A DNA stretch of 64,000 bases from an uncultured Desulfobacterales bacterium (GTDB lineage: Bacteria; Desulfobacterota; Desulfobacteria; Desulfobacterales; C00003060): NCBI GenBank assembly GCA_964440795.1, contig CAYTTQ010000005.1, positions 1,415 to 65,414 of the forward strand, in the 5' to 3' direction. Made by a program: the position numbers and the translations under genes. Of the stretch, positions 1-9,395 are shown in pieces. Position 1 is the first letter of the stretch; every line of letters begins with the position of its first letter. The notes under the pieces are model-generated. The model searched no databases. It was not told where the DNA came from and saw only the letters and a program-made list of their open reading frames with translations.

Positions 1-1
1 G

Positions 2-2365
2 GGGACCAACATTCAGTTCGCCCATGACCCGAGAACCGGACGGGTCGTCGTCATCGAGATAAATCCCAGAACCTCCAGGTCTTCGGCCCTGGCGTCCAAG
101 GCCACCGGATTTCCCATCGCTTTGGTCTCCGCCATGCTGGCCGGAGGCATGACATTGGACGAAATCCCATACTGGCGAGCGGGGACCTTGGACAAGTACA
201 CACCGTGGGGCGATTATGTGGTGGTTAAGTTCGCTCGATGGGCCTTTGAAAAGTTTCACGGCGCCCAGGACAAACTGGGCACCCAGATGCGGGCGGTGGG
301 CGAGGTCATGAGTATCGGCAAAACGTACAAAGAGGCCTTTCAAAAAGCCATCCGGTCACTCGAAAACGGCCGCCACGGGCTGGGATTCGCCGAAAACTTC
401 CATACACAAACAGTGGACGAACTGATGGAACAGCTGGCGGAACCGACCAGTGAACGGCAGTTTGTTATGTACGAGGCCCTACGGAAAGGAGCCAGAGTCG
501 ATACGTTAAGCAAAAAGACGCACATCAAGAAATGGTTTGTGGAACAGATGAAGGAACTGGTGGACTTGGAAGAAGAGATACTGGCCTACCGCGGACAGGT
601 TCCGCCGGAACCGCTTCTTACCCGAGCCAAACGGGACGGATTCGCAGACGCCTATCTATCAAAGATTTTGGATATTCCGGAACGGGATGTCCGGCAACAC
701 CGCACGGCCCTGAAGGTGGTGGAATCATGGGAACCGGTACCCGTAAGCGGGGTGGAAGACGCAGCCTATTATTTTTCCACCTACAACGCACCCGACGCCG
801 TAGCCACCAGTTCGAAACGTAAGATCATGGTCTTGGGCGGGGGGCCCAACCGCATCGGACAAGGCATTGAGTTCGATTATTGTTGCGTCCACGCCGCCTT
901 CGCCTTGCGGGATGAAGGATTCGAATCCATTATGGTGAACTGCAATCCCGAAACCGTATCCACCGACTACGATACCGCCGACAAGCTCTACTTCGAGCCC
1001 CTCACCGTGGAGGATGTCCTCAGTATTTACGAAAAGGAACAACCCGAGGGGGTTATCGTCCAATTCGGCGGGCAAACTCCGTTAAACATCGCCAACGAAC
1101 TGGCTGAAACGGGGGTTCGGATCATCGGCACGTCTCCGGAAACCATCGACCTGGCGGAAGATCGGGACCAATTTCGTCAAAAGATGCGCAAGCTGGGAAT
1201 TGCACAGCCCGAATCGGGCATGGCCAGCCGACTGGAAGAGGCCTTGGATATTGCCGCCGACATCGGCTATCCCCTGATGGTTCGGCCATCCTACGTCCTG
1301 GGAGGACGGGCCATGGAGATCGTTCATGATGAAGAGATGCTCAGGGAATATGTGACGGCGGCCGTGGGGGTGTCACCGCAACGGCCGATCCTGATCGACA
1401 AATTTTTAGAAGATGCCATCGAGGTGGAAGCCGACGCCATAGCCGACGGTTCGGACGCCTTCGTACCGGCGGTGATGGAACATATCGAACGGGCCGGGGT
1501 CCACTCGGGTGACTCGGCCTGCGTCATCCCGCCGATCAGCATCCCAGCCAAACATGTGGACACCATTTGCGAATATACCCGGCGCATAGCCATGGAGCTC
1601 AACGTGGTGGGCCTCATGAACATACAGTACGCCATCGCCGATGATGTGGTTTACATCCTGGAAGCCAACCCGCGTGCTTCCCGGACAGTCCCCTTGGTCT
1701 CTAAGGTATGCAATATCTCTATGGCCCGCCTGGCCACTCAGCTCATGCTGGGCAAGCGACTGGCGGACCTGGACATAGGTCCTAAATCCGTTCCGCACTT
1801 CGGCGTGAAGGAAGCGGTTTTCCCCTTTAATATGTTTCCCGAAGTAGACCCGCTCTTGGGCCCGGAAATGCGAAGCACCGGTGAGGTCCTGGGGCTGGCG
1901 GACTCGTTTGGCCTGGCCTTTTACAAAGCCCAAGAAGCAACGCAACAGGTACTGCCTTCGGAGGGAACGGTACTGATCACCGTAGCGGAAAAAGACCGAT
2001 CGGCCGGCCTGGAGGTAGCCAAGCGATTCAAGGAATTGGGGTTTAACATTCTAGCCACCGGCGGCACCCATGCCTTTTTGGCCGGCCACGGGATTGAAGC
2101 CGAGGTGGTCCGTAAGATGCACGAAGGACGGCCCAACATCGTGGACGGAATAAAGAATGGCGAAATCCAGCTGGTTATCAATACCCCCAGCGGCAGGCTG
2201 AGCAAGCATGATGATTCCTACATTCGGAAAGCGGCCATCAAGCATAAAATACCCTACGTGACCACCACGGCGGCCGCTATCGCCGCCGCCAAGGGTATCA
2301 GCGCGTTCAGACAAGGTCACGGCCGGGTAAAATCGCTACAGCAGTATCACGGTGACATCGGATAG
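2..2365 (+). CDS. carB: Carbamoyl-phosphate synthase large subunit, C-terminal part (5' end lies outside the window)
   Basis: The frame is open from base 2 (GTNIQFAHDPRTGRVVVIEINPRTSRSSALASKATGFPIA precedes the listed ORF). Second ATP-grasp half is present (GPNRIGQGIEFDYCCVH, MVRPSYVLGGRAME, EANPRASRTVP), followed by an MGS-like tail. Confidence 0.95.
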   Translation, partial: GTNIQFAHDPRTGRVVVIEINPRTSRSSALASKATGFPIALVSAMLAGGMTLDEIPYWRAGTLDKYTPWGDYVVVKFARWAFEKFHGAQDKLGTQMRAVGEVMSIGKTYKEAFQKAIRSLENGRHGLGFAENFHTQTVDELMEQLAEPTSERQFVMYEALRKGARVDTLSKKTHIKKWFVEQMKELVDLEEEILAYRGQVPPEPLLTRAKRDGFADAYLSKILDIPERDVRQHRTALKVVESWEPVPVSGVEDAAYYFSTYNAPDAVATSSKRKIMVLGGGPNRIGQGIEFDYCCVHAAFALRDEGFESIMVNCNPETVSTDYDTADKLYFEPLTVEDVLSIYEKEQPEGVIVQFGGQTPLNIANELAETGVRIIGTSPETIDLAEDRDQFRQKMRKLGIAQPESGMASRLEEALDIAADIGYPLMVRPSYVLGGRAMEIVHDEEMLREYVTAAVGVSPQRPILIDKFLEDAIEVEADAIADGSDAFVPAVMEHIERAGVHSGDSACVIPPISIPAKHVDTICEYTRRIAMELNVVGLMNIQYAIADDVVYILEANPRASRTVPLVSKVCNISMARLATQLMLGKRLADLDIGPKSVPHFGVKEAVFPFNMFPEVDPLLGPEMRSTGEVLGLADSFGLAFYKAQEATQQVLPSEGTVLITVAEKDRSAGLEVAKRFKELGFNILATGGTHAFLAGHGIEAEVVRKMHEGRPNIVDGIKNGEIQLVINTPSGRLSKHDDSYIRKAAIKHKIPYVTTTAAAIAAAKGISAFRQGHGRVKSLQQYHGDIG

Positions 2366-2378
2366 CCACGGAACGCCC

Positions 2379-3074
2379 ATGAAGGAAGAGCAAATCTTTG
2401 AAAAGCATATTGAAGCGTTGACCCGGATCAGCAAGGCAATCACGTCCGATCGATATATTGAAGACATTCTGCGGCTTATCGTAACGGTTACCGCCGAAGC
2501 GATGCACTCTAAGATCTGCTCCCTCTGGTTATTGGATGAAACAGAGAGAATTCTCAAGTTACGGGCCACCCAGAGTATCAGTGAAGACTACCTGCAGGAA
2601 CGGTCTTTAAAAATGGGAGAGGGTATCGTGGGCAAGGTGGCACTCACCCGGAAACCCTGCTCGGTCATCAATGTGCTGGAAAACGACGCCTACAAAGAAA
2701 AGGAACTGGCCAAGAAAGAAGGGTTGGTCTCCATGTTGAGTGTTCCCATGGTGGTGAAGGATCGGGTGCTGGGCGTGGTCAATTGCTACACCTCCCGACC
2801 CCATGAATTTACGGAAACCGAGCAAAACGTCCTCGTCACGGTAGCCAACGAGGCGGCGGTAGCCATAGAAAATACGGAACTCATGGTCAAAAGCAAGGTG
2901 ATTCAAGAAGAATTGGAGACACGCAAATTGATTGAGCGGGCCAAAGATGTCCTCATGGCCCGCCGGGGCATGTCGGGCCAGGATGCCTTTCGATGGATGC
3001 AAAAGCGAAGTATGGACGTGAGAAAATCGATGCGAGAAGTGGCCGAGGCGGTCCTGTTGACTGAAGAACTGTGA
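2379..3074 (+). CDS. GAF domain plus ANTAR RNA-binding (antiterminator-type) regulator
   Basis: N-terminal GAF-like region (ICSLWLLDE..LKLRA..GEGIVG..VLGVVNCYT). C-terminal ANTAR signature (RKLIERAKDVLMARRGMSGQDAFRWMQKRSMDVRKSMREVAEAVL). The ATG at 2379 is preferred; an alternative GTG at 2352 would overlap the carB stop. Confidence 0.85.
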   Translation: MKEEQIFEKHIEALTRISKAITSDRYIEDILRLIVTVTAEAMHSKICSLWLLDETERILKLRATQSISEDYLQERSLKMGEGIVGKVALTRKPCSVINVLENDAYKEKELAKKEGLVSMLSVPMVVKDRVLGVVNCYTSRPHEFTETEQNVLVTVANEAAVAIENTELMVKSKVIQEELETRKLIERAKDVLMARRGMSGQDAFRWMQKRSMDVRKSMREVAEAVLLTEEL

Positions 3075-3092
3075 AAAGCCGGTTTAACGGTT

Positions 3093-3151
3093 TAACCCTT
3101 CGAACCTTTGAACCTTGAACCTTTGAACCTTGAACCTTGAACCGGGAACCC
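3093..3151. repeat. Tandem 7-8 nt repeat array with seven GAACC cores spaced 8,7,8,7,7,7 nt (CCTT(T)GAA units)
   Basis: Read directly: ...cttcGAACCtttGAACCttGAACCtttGAACCttGAACCttGAACCggGAACCc. It fills most of the ANTAR-iorA spacer and ends 7 nt before the iorA GGAGG RBS. Confidence 0.9.
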
Positions 3152-3170
3152 TGTTTATGGAGGTTAATCG

Positions 3171-5048
3171 ATGCATCCGCTTTTGACCGAAGAAACCGGC
3201 AAGACGGTGCTCCTGCTGGGAAACGAAGCAATCGTCCGAGGCGCCTTGGAGGCGGGGGTGGCATTTGCCACCACCTATCCGGGGACACCCTCCTCCGAAA
3301 TTGCCGAGAATTTTTTCCGCATCGCCCAAGAGTCGGAACTCTATTTCGAGTATTCCACCAATGAGAAGGTTGCCCTGGAAACGGCCGCCGGCGCCGCAGT
3401 TTCCGGAATACGCAGCATTTGCAGCATGAAACACGTGGGATTGAACGTAGCAGCGGACCCTTTGATGACCCTCGCCTATGTAGGGGTCCGCAGTGGTCTG
3501 GTCATTGTGACCGCTGATGATCCCTCCATGTTTTCCAGCCAAAACGAGCAAGACAATCGATATTATGCCCGGTTTTCCAGCCTTCCCATGCTGGAACCGT
3601 CGTCGGTCCAAGAAGCCAAGGAGATGACGAGAGAGGCGTTCCGTATCTCCGAGGAGCTGGAGCTGCCCGTACTGTTGCGCACCACGACACGCCTTAGCCA
3701 TGCCCGGGGAACGGTAACCCTGGGACCGCTGGTGGTTCCTCAGACCCAAGGCCGGTTTGAGAAAGAAAGCAGTCGGTTCGTCACCGTACCGTCAGTGGCC
3801 AGGACCCGTCATAAGATCCTCTTAGACCAGGCCGAGAAGGCCAAAGAGATGTCATGTCAATCCGACTTGAACCGTCTTGGCGGTACCGGTTCATATGGGA
3901 TTGCCACCAGCGGAATGGCCTATACCTACGTAAAAGACGCTTTGAAAGACCTCAATATGGAAGGTCGGGTACAACTGTTGAAATTGGGGTTTTCGTTCCC
4001 CCTCCCCGACACCCTGGCCTTGGAGTTTATTCGATCCACTCAAAAAATCCTGGTGGTGGAAGAGCTTGAACCGCTGTTAGAAGACGGCCTGAAAGCCCTG
4101 GCCCAGACGCATGGCCTTACCACACTCATTGCCGGGAAAAGACCGGATCTTTTCTCCCGGCTCTACGAATACCACCCCGGGCTGGTGCGGGACGTTATCG
4201 CCCGGTTTTTTGACATCGACTATACCCCGCCACAGCCGGTGGACGTCACCGAAGGGGCCGACCCCATACCGTTGCCTATCCGTCCGCCAAACCTTTGTGC
4301 GGGCTGTCCTCACCGTGCCAGCTATTACGCAGTCAACAGTGCCTTGGCGGAAATGGAAACGGAAGCCGTTTTTCCCACGGACATCGGCTGTTACACCTTG
4401 GGACTCTTGCCACCCTTACAGACAGCCGATTTCGTCATCTGTATGGGCTCCAGTGTCTCGTCGGCAGCGGGTATTTCCAGGGCCACGGCCAAGACCGTCA
4501 TCGCTTTTGTGGGAGACTCTACGTTTTTTCACTCCGGCATTACCGGACTGGTGAACGCCGTTCACAACCAACATCGCTTTGTGCTGATCATCTTGGACAA
4601 CGGCACCACCGCCATGACGGGGCATCAACCCCATCCCGGAGTCTCACTCACCCCGAAGGGATGGGACAAACCCACGGTTTCCATCGAAGCGATCGTCCGG
4701 GCCTGCGGGGTGGATAATGTTGCGGTGGTCAATCCCATCAACCTCGGTAAAATGAAGGCCGCTGTTCGGCAGGCCGTTTCGTCGAAAGCGCTTTCCGTCA
4801 TCCTGGCCAAGGCCCCCTGTCCCTTGTACGAAAGGCGGATCCTTGGATCGAAGCCAAAACGCAAGTTTGTGGTCGGACCCGAATGCAACACCGATTGCAC
4901 CATGTGTGTCGATTCTTTCGGTTGCCCGGCACTCTACAGAAACACCGACCCCGACGTCGAGACCACAATGACCATCGACCAACAGTTGTGCATCGGATGC
5001 GGGGTATGTATTCAAATCTGTAACAAGATCAGGCCGAAGAAGGCGTAA
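3171..5048 (+). CDS. iorA: Indolepyruvate:ferredoxin oxidoreductase alpha subunit
   Basis: 625 aa. TPP-binding block GDSTFFHSGITGLVNAV and C-terminal ferredoxin Cys motifs (CTMCVDSFGCP, CIGCGVCIQIC). GGAGG RBS lies 8 nt upstream of the ATG. Confidence 0.9.
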   Translation: MHPLLTEETGKTVLLLGNEAIVRGALEAGVAFATTYPGTPSSEIAENFFRIAQESELYFEYSTNEKVALETAAGAAVSGIRSICSMKHVGLNVAADPLMTLAYVGVRSGLVIVTADDPSMFSSQNEQDNRYYARFSSLPMLEPSSVQEAKEMTREAFRISEELELPVLLRTTTRLSHARGTVTLGPLVVPQTQGRFEKESSRFVTVPSVARTRHKILLDQAEKAKEMSCQSDLNRLGGTGSYGIATSGMAYTYVKDALKDLNMEGRVQLLKLGFSFPLPDTLALEFIRSTQKILVVEELEPLLEDGLKALAQTHGLTTLIAGKRPDLFSRLYEYHPGLVRDVIARFFDIDYTPPQPVDVTEGADPIPLPIRPPNLCAGCPHRASYYAVNSALAEMETEAVFPTDIGCYTLGLLPPLQTADFVICMGSSVSSAAGISRATAKTVIAFVGDSTFFHSGITGLVNAVHNQHRFVLIILDNGTTAMTGHQPHPGVSLTPKGWDKPTVSIEAIVRACGVDNVAVVNPINLGKMKAAVRQAVSSKALSVILAKAPCPLYERRILGSKPKRKFVVGPECNTDCTMCVDSFGCPALYRNTDPDVETTMTIDQQLCIGCGVCIQICNKIRPKKA

Positions 5049-5099
5049 GCCCCAATGTCAACGGGTTATCGGTTGAACCAGTGTAGGAGGAAATGAAAC

Positions 5100-5684
5100 A
5101 TGGCCGAATATCGGGTATATCTCACCGGCGTGGGTGGACAAGGAACGCTCCTGGCTACCAAGATCCTTGCCGAAGCCGCCATCCATGCGGGCCACCATAC
5201 GGTTGCCAGCGAAGTACATGGGATGGCCCAACGGGGGGGCATCGTCGAATCGACGGTCCTGGTGGGAGACGTGGGCAGTCCGATCATATCGGACGGAGAG
5301 GCAGACGTCTTGTTGGGATTCGAACCATTGGAGACCTATCGGGCCATGGCAAAGTGTTCCAAAGATTCGGTGGTCATCTCCAACAACGTCCCCGTCATGC
5401 CGTTCAGCGTGGCGATCGGGAAATCCACGTACCCGGACATCCCCCCCCTTTTTGATTTGATCCGAAAACAGGTGCGACAGTTAAGCACATTGAACGCGCA
5501 AGCCTTAGCCATGAAAGCAGGGGCGGCATTGTCCGCCAACATCGCCATGCTGGGTGCGCTGGCCCGAAGTCACATCCTTCCCATTCCCAAAGAGGCCTTT
5601 CAGGAAACAATCCGCAACAAGACCCGAGAGCAGTTTGTGGATGCCAATCTTGAGGCCTTCGAGTTGGGATATACGGCATCATGA
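5100..5684 (+). CDS. iorB: Indolepyruvate:ferredoxin oxidoreductase beta subunit
   Basis: 194 aa. 2-oxoacid:Fd oxidoreductase gamma-like N-terminus (LTGVGGQGTLLATKIL..SEVHGMAQRGG). AGGAGG RBS. Directly follows iorA. Confidence 0.9.
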   Translation: MAEYRVYLTGVGGQGTLLATKILAEAAIHAGHHTVASEVHGMAQRGGIVESTVLVGDVGSPIISDGEADVLLGFEPLETYRAMAKCSKDSVVISNNVPVMPFSVAIGKSTYPDIPPLFDLIRKQVRQLSTLNAQALAMKAGAALSANIAMLGALARSHILPIPKEAFQETIRNKTREQFVDANLEAFELGYTAS

Positions 5685-5794
5685 GGAAGGTGCGCCCCCC
5701 GAAAAGGCTTGACTTTTCCGGACCTGTCTTGTAGGAGACTTCGGTTGGACAGATTTCAAAAACACAACGGCGTGTTTTTTAGGTAATGACAAAG

Positions 5795-5833
5795 GAGTCC
5801 GTCACTCCCCTCAAGGGAGGTCGGACTTTTTTA
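5795..5833 (+). terminator. Possible intrinsic terminator or attenuator hairpin between iorB and the gltB-like gene
   Basis: GAGTCCG-TCA-CTCCC-ctcaa-GGGAG-GT-CGGACT followed by TTTTTT. It lies only ~35 nt upstream of the next start codon. Confidence 0.45.
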
Positions 5834-5870
5834 TTTACACGACAATCCGATTAAAGGAGGGACTAAGCGT

Positions 5871-7454
5871 ATGAATTTACACCAACCCAATGCCAACGAG
5901 GCCTTGCGGACGAAAAACCGATCTCGTAGCGTTGCTCCCCAGTCCGGGATTTGCAGCCGTTGCCTGGATGGATGTAAAGGCAACTGCGATTTGTTCAACG
6001 CCACGTTTCGGAGCCGTGAGCTGCTCTACCCGGCGCCTTTCGGTGAAGTGACGGCAGGTGCCGATAAGGACTATCCGGTCGATTATTCCCACCTCAACAT
6101 CATGGGATACGCGTTGGGCGCGCAAGGAGCAGCAGCGGATCCCGATTACGCCACGTTTCCGGCGGTAAGCACGGAAACCGCCTTCGGGGTCACCGACAAA
6201 GTCAAGATGAAGATTCCCATGTTTACGGGCGCTCTCGGGAGTACGGAGATCGCCCGGGCCAATTGGGAGCATTTCGCCATTGGGGCTGCGATTACCGGCA
6301 TTACCCTGGTTTGTGGTGAAAACGTCTGTGGTATCGACCCCAAATTGAAGTTTGACAAGAACGGCATGGTTAAAGAGGCGCCGGACATGAAGCGGCGAAT
6401 CGAAGAATATCGCCGCTACCACCAGGGATATGGAGACATCCTGGTCCAGTTGAACGTTGAGGACACCCGACTTGGGGTGGCTGAACACGTCATCGACAAG
6501 CTCGGGGTGGAAACCATCGAGTTGAAATGGGGGCAAGGTGCCAAGTGCATCGGCGGAGAGATCAAGGTCTCTTCTCTGGAACGGGCCTTGGAACTCAAAA
6601 AGCGGGGCTACATCGTCACCCCGGATCCGGAAAGCAAGGCCAATCAAGCCGCCTTCAAAGCGGGAGCTATAAAAGAGTTCGAGCGTCACTCCCGCCTCGG
6701 CTTTGTCGATCGGGAAAGCTTCATGGCCGAAGTATTGCGCTTGCGACAGTTAGGCGCCAAGCGGGTCACTCTCAAGACGGGCGCATATCCCATGCGGGAG
6801 CTGGCCATGGCCATCCGGTGGTCCTCCGATGCCAAGATAGACCTGTTGACCATTGACGGCGCCCCCGGCGGCACTGGGATGAGTCCGTGGCGGATGATGG
6901 CGGAATGGGGCATTCCGTCCATCTACCTGCATTCCATGGCTTACGAATTGTGTCGGCGATTGGCTGAAAAGGGCAAATGGGTACCGGACATCGCTTTTGC
7001 GGGCGGATTTTCATCGGAAGACCACATCTTCAAGGCCCTGGCCCTGGGTGCGCCTTACTGCAAGGCGGTCTGCATGGGACGGGCACTCATGATCCCGGGG
7101 ATGGTCGGAAAGAACATCCAACGATGGATCGACGGCCAGGACGGCGGCTTACCGAACACCATCTCCAAGTTCGGTACGACCAAGGAAGAGATCTTTGTAT
7201 GTTATGAAGAATTGCGAGAAAAATTCGGCAAAGAGGCTGATAAATTCCCCTTGGGCGCCGTCGGCATATACAGCGCCGGAGAGAAGATCCGTGTGGGCCT
7301 CCAACAGCTCATGGCAGGCGCTCGGAAGTGGCGGGTGGATCTAATTTCGAGAAATGATCTCGCCTCACTTACCGAAGAGGCCACCAAGATTACCGGCATT
7401 CCCTATATCATGGATGCATATCGAGACGAGGCCTTGAAGATTATCGACGCGTAA
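5871..7454 (+). CDS. FMN-binding glutamate synthase family protein (stand-alone GltB domain-2-like) with an N-terminal Cys4 motif
   Basis: 527 aa. Central TIM-barrel signature (IELKWGQGAK..GGEI, DGAPGGTGMSPW). N-terminal CSRCLDGCKGNC. AAAGGAGGG RBS. Confidence 0.85.
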   Translation: MNLHQPNANEALRTKNRSRSVAPQSGICSRCLDGCKGNCDLFNATFRSRELLYPAPFGEVTAGADKDYPVDYSHLNIMGYALGAQGAAADPDYATFPAVSTETAFGVTDKVKMKIPMFTGALGSTEIARANWEHFAIGAAITGITLVCGENVCGIDPKLKFDKNGMVKEAPDMKRRIEEYRRYHQGYGDILVQLNVEDTRLGVAEHVIDKLGVETIELKWGQGAKCIGGEIKVSSLERALELKKRGYIVTPDPESKANQAAFKAGAIKEFERHSRLGFVDRESFMAEVLRLRQLGAKRVTLKTGAYPMRELAMAIRWSSDAKIDLLTIDGAPGGTGMSPWRMMAEWGIPSIYLHSMAYELCRRLAEKGKWVPDIAFAGGFSSEDHIFKALALGAPYCKAVCMGRALMIPGMVGKNIQRWIDGQDGGLPNTISKFGTTKEEIFVCYEELREKFGKEADKFPLGAVGIYSAGEKIRVGLQQLMAGARKWRVDLISRNDLASLTEEATKITGIPYIMDAYRDEALKIIDA

Positions 7455-7484
7455 TAATTAATACCGGTACAATACGGAAGGAGC

Positions 7485-7519
7485 CGGTGAACCGCAAAAG
7501 CGGTTCGCCGGTTTTTTCT
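7485..7519 (+). terminator. Rho-independent terminator after the gltB-like gene
   Basis: CCGGTGAACCGC-aaaa-GCGGTTCGCCGG followed by TTTTTT. Confidence 0.75.
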
Positions 7520-7520
7520 A

Positions 7521-7955
7521 TTACCGATCACCCACGTTCATTTTGGGGACGTGCCAACAATAATCGTCGATGAAACAGTCGATCTTGGCTTTTTGACTCT
7601 CGGTCAGACCTTCAAAGCGAACACTGCATCGCCGGGTTCGCAGCTCATCGGAACCGGAGACGATCTCTGCGTCCGAAACGGTTCGGCAAGGCAGTTTTTC
7701 CATAAACCGAGTGCTGTCGGGCAATATCATCTCTAAATCTAAACTCTGGTTGAGCGCTTCGGGCACCCCGGTATAAGAAAAGGCGACCCCTCCCTTACCG
7801 ATGTCGGCAATTTCCGCAATCTTTGGAGAGTGTGTCTCATAGTAAGCAAAGACCCGACCTTCAACTTTAAATCGCTGGTGCTGCCGTCTATCCTTCATTG
7901 GCTCCTCTGGCATCCGAATTCGCTGTAGCGGTTTCTTTCCTGCTGGTTGACTCAT
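7521..7955 (-). CDS. PilZ domain protein (c-di-GMP receptor family)
   Basis: RRQHQRF (RxxxR) and DIGKGGVAF (D/NxSxxG-like) motifs with PilZ spacing. The start is ambiguous: the M at 7955, or an internal MKDRR preceded by GAGGAG. Confidence 0.75.
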   Translation of the reverse strand: MSQPAGKKPLQRIRMPEEPMKDRRQHQRFKVEGRVFAYYETHSPKIAEIADIGKGGVAFSYTGVPEALNQSLDLEMILPDSTRFMEKLPCRTVSDAEIVSGSDELRTRRCSVRFEGLTESQKAKIDCFIDDYCWHVPKMNVGDR

Positions 7956-8123
7956 GATTTATGCGCAAGCAAAAACCATGCGAGCCTGCAAGCGCCGTGT
8001 TTTCAACAGGTTAGTTTTGGGAAAACCAGAGAAAAGAGAAAACTAATGCCAACAGTTGGTACTTTGATTGACACCGGATGCAGAATCCTTCCCAATTTCC
8101 AGACTCACCCCCCCCGTGACCGG

Positions 8124-9209
8124 TTACCCGTACTTTTGGGCGAAAGTCTTCATAAAATCGACCAACGCCTTCACTGCATCCAGAGAGGTGGAATTATAGA
8201 TCGAGGCACGACACCCACCTACGGAACGATGTCCCTTGAGCCCTCCCATCCCGTTTTCCAGGGCCTCTTGAACGAACCGGCTTTCCAGGGATTCTTCCGA
8301 AAGCCGGAAGGTCACGTTCATGACCGAACGGCTATCCGTTTCAGCCGTCCCACGGTAGAAGGGGTCGGCGTCAATGGCTTCGTACAGGAGATCCGCCTTC
8401 TCCCGATTCCGTGCTTCCATCCGAGCCAGCCCCCCAATGGTTTCCTCCAGCCACTTCAGTACCAAGCTGACCGTATAGACGGCAAAACAAGGCGGCGTAT
8501 TGAACATGGAGTTTTTTTCGACAAACGTCGTATACTTCAACATGGTGGGGAGGTCTTCCGGCACCCGATCGAGCATGTCTCTGCGAAGGAGCACCAGGGT
8601 CGCCCCGGCAGGGCCCAGGTTCTTTTGGGCACCCGCATAAATCAATCCGAAGGGAGTCGGATCAAACACCCTGCTCATGATGTCGGACGACATATCACTG
8701 ACCAGAGGTACCTTTCCTGTCTCCGGAAAAGCAGACCATTGGGTCCCCTTGATCGTATTGTTCGAGGTTAGATGGACATAAGCGGCGTCTGGAGAAAAGC
8801 GAATTTCTTTGGGGATATAAGAAAAGTGCTTGTCCGCCGAAGAGGCAACCACATTTACCGATCTTCCCAGACCCTTGGCCTCTTTGATCGCCTTGGTAGA
8901 CCATGTCCCCGTGTCAACATAATCGGCGGGTTGGCCCGGCGGACACAAATTCATGGGGACCATACAAAACTGCAGGCTGGCCCCGCCCTGCAAAAACAAG
9001 ACATCAAATTGATCCTCGAGACCCAGAAGCCGCTTGGTCCTTGTCACGGCGTCTTCGATCACGTCATCAAACCACTTCGATCGATGACTTACCTCCGTGA
9101 CGGACATTCCTGATCCCTTGAAATCCAGGAACTCGGCCTGTATTTCTTCCAACACCGGCAGGGGAAGCGCGGCCGGTCCCGCGTTGAAGTTATAGATTCT
9201 ATTGCTCAT
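8124..9209 (-). CDS. serC: Phosphoserine aminotransferase
   Basis: MSNRIYNFNAGPAALP start with GGAGGTGGA RBS. The listed ORF's 49-aa N-terminal extension was rejected. Class-V aminotransferase body. Confidence 0.93.
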   Translation of the reverse strand: MSNRIYNFNAGPAALPLPVLEEIQAEFLDFKGSGMSVTEVSHRSKWFDDVIEDAVTRTKRLLGLEDQFDVLFLQGGASLQFCMVPMNLCPPGQPADYVDTGTWSTKAIKEAKGLGRSVNVVASSADKHFSYIPKEIRFSPDAAYVHLTSNNTIKGTQWSAFPETGKVPLVSDMSSDIMSRVFDPTPFGLIYAGAQKNLGPAGATLVLLRRDMLDRVPEDLPTMLKYTTFVEKNSMFNTPPCFAVYTVSLVLKWLEETIGGLARMEARNREKADLLYEAIDADPFYRGTAETDSRSVMNVTFRLSEESLESRFVQEALENGMGGLKGHRSVGGCRASIYNSTSLDAVKALVDFMKTFAQKYG

Positions 9210-9395
9210 ATCCACCTCCTCATTGTCATGGGAACCTATAAAGACAAAGCCCGAGGGTGTCAAGGCAAAAAGCCCCCCGAGGAAAGGCCGGACGGCCAAC
9301 ACGAGTCTTGACACTTGGGTATTTTGTCGGTAGAAAATAGATATCGGCGTGAACAAGCGTTATGTCGAAAATCGGCACACAAAGGAGACTTGGGG

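Noticed and set aside
3093-3151. Could the tandem repeats here or at 40548-40608 be CRISPR arrays?
   Set aside because: The units are 7-8 bp and 16 bp and directly abut each other with no spacers, and no cas genes are present. They are simple tandem repeats.
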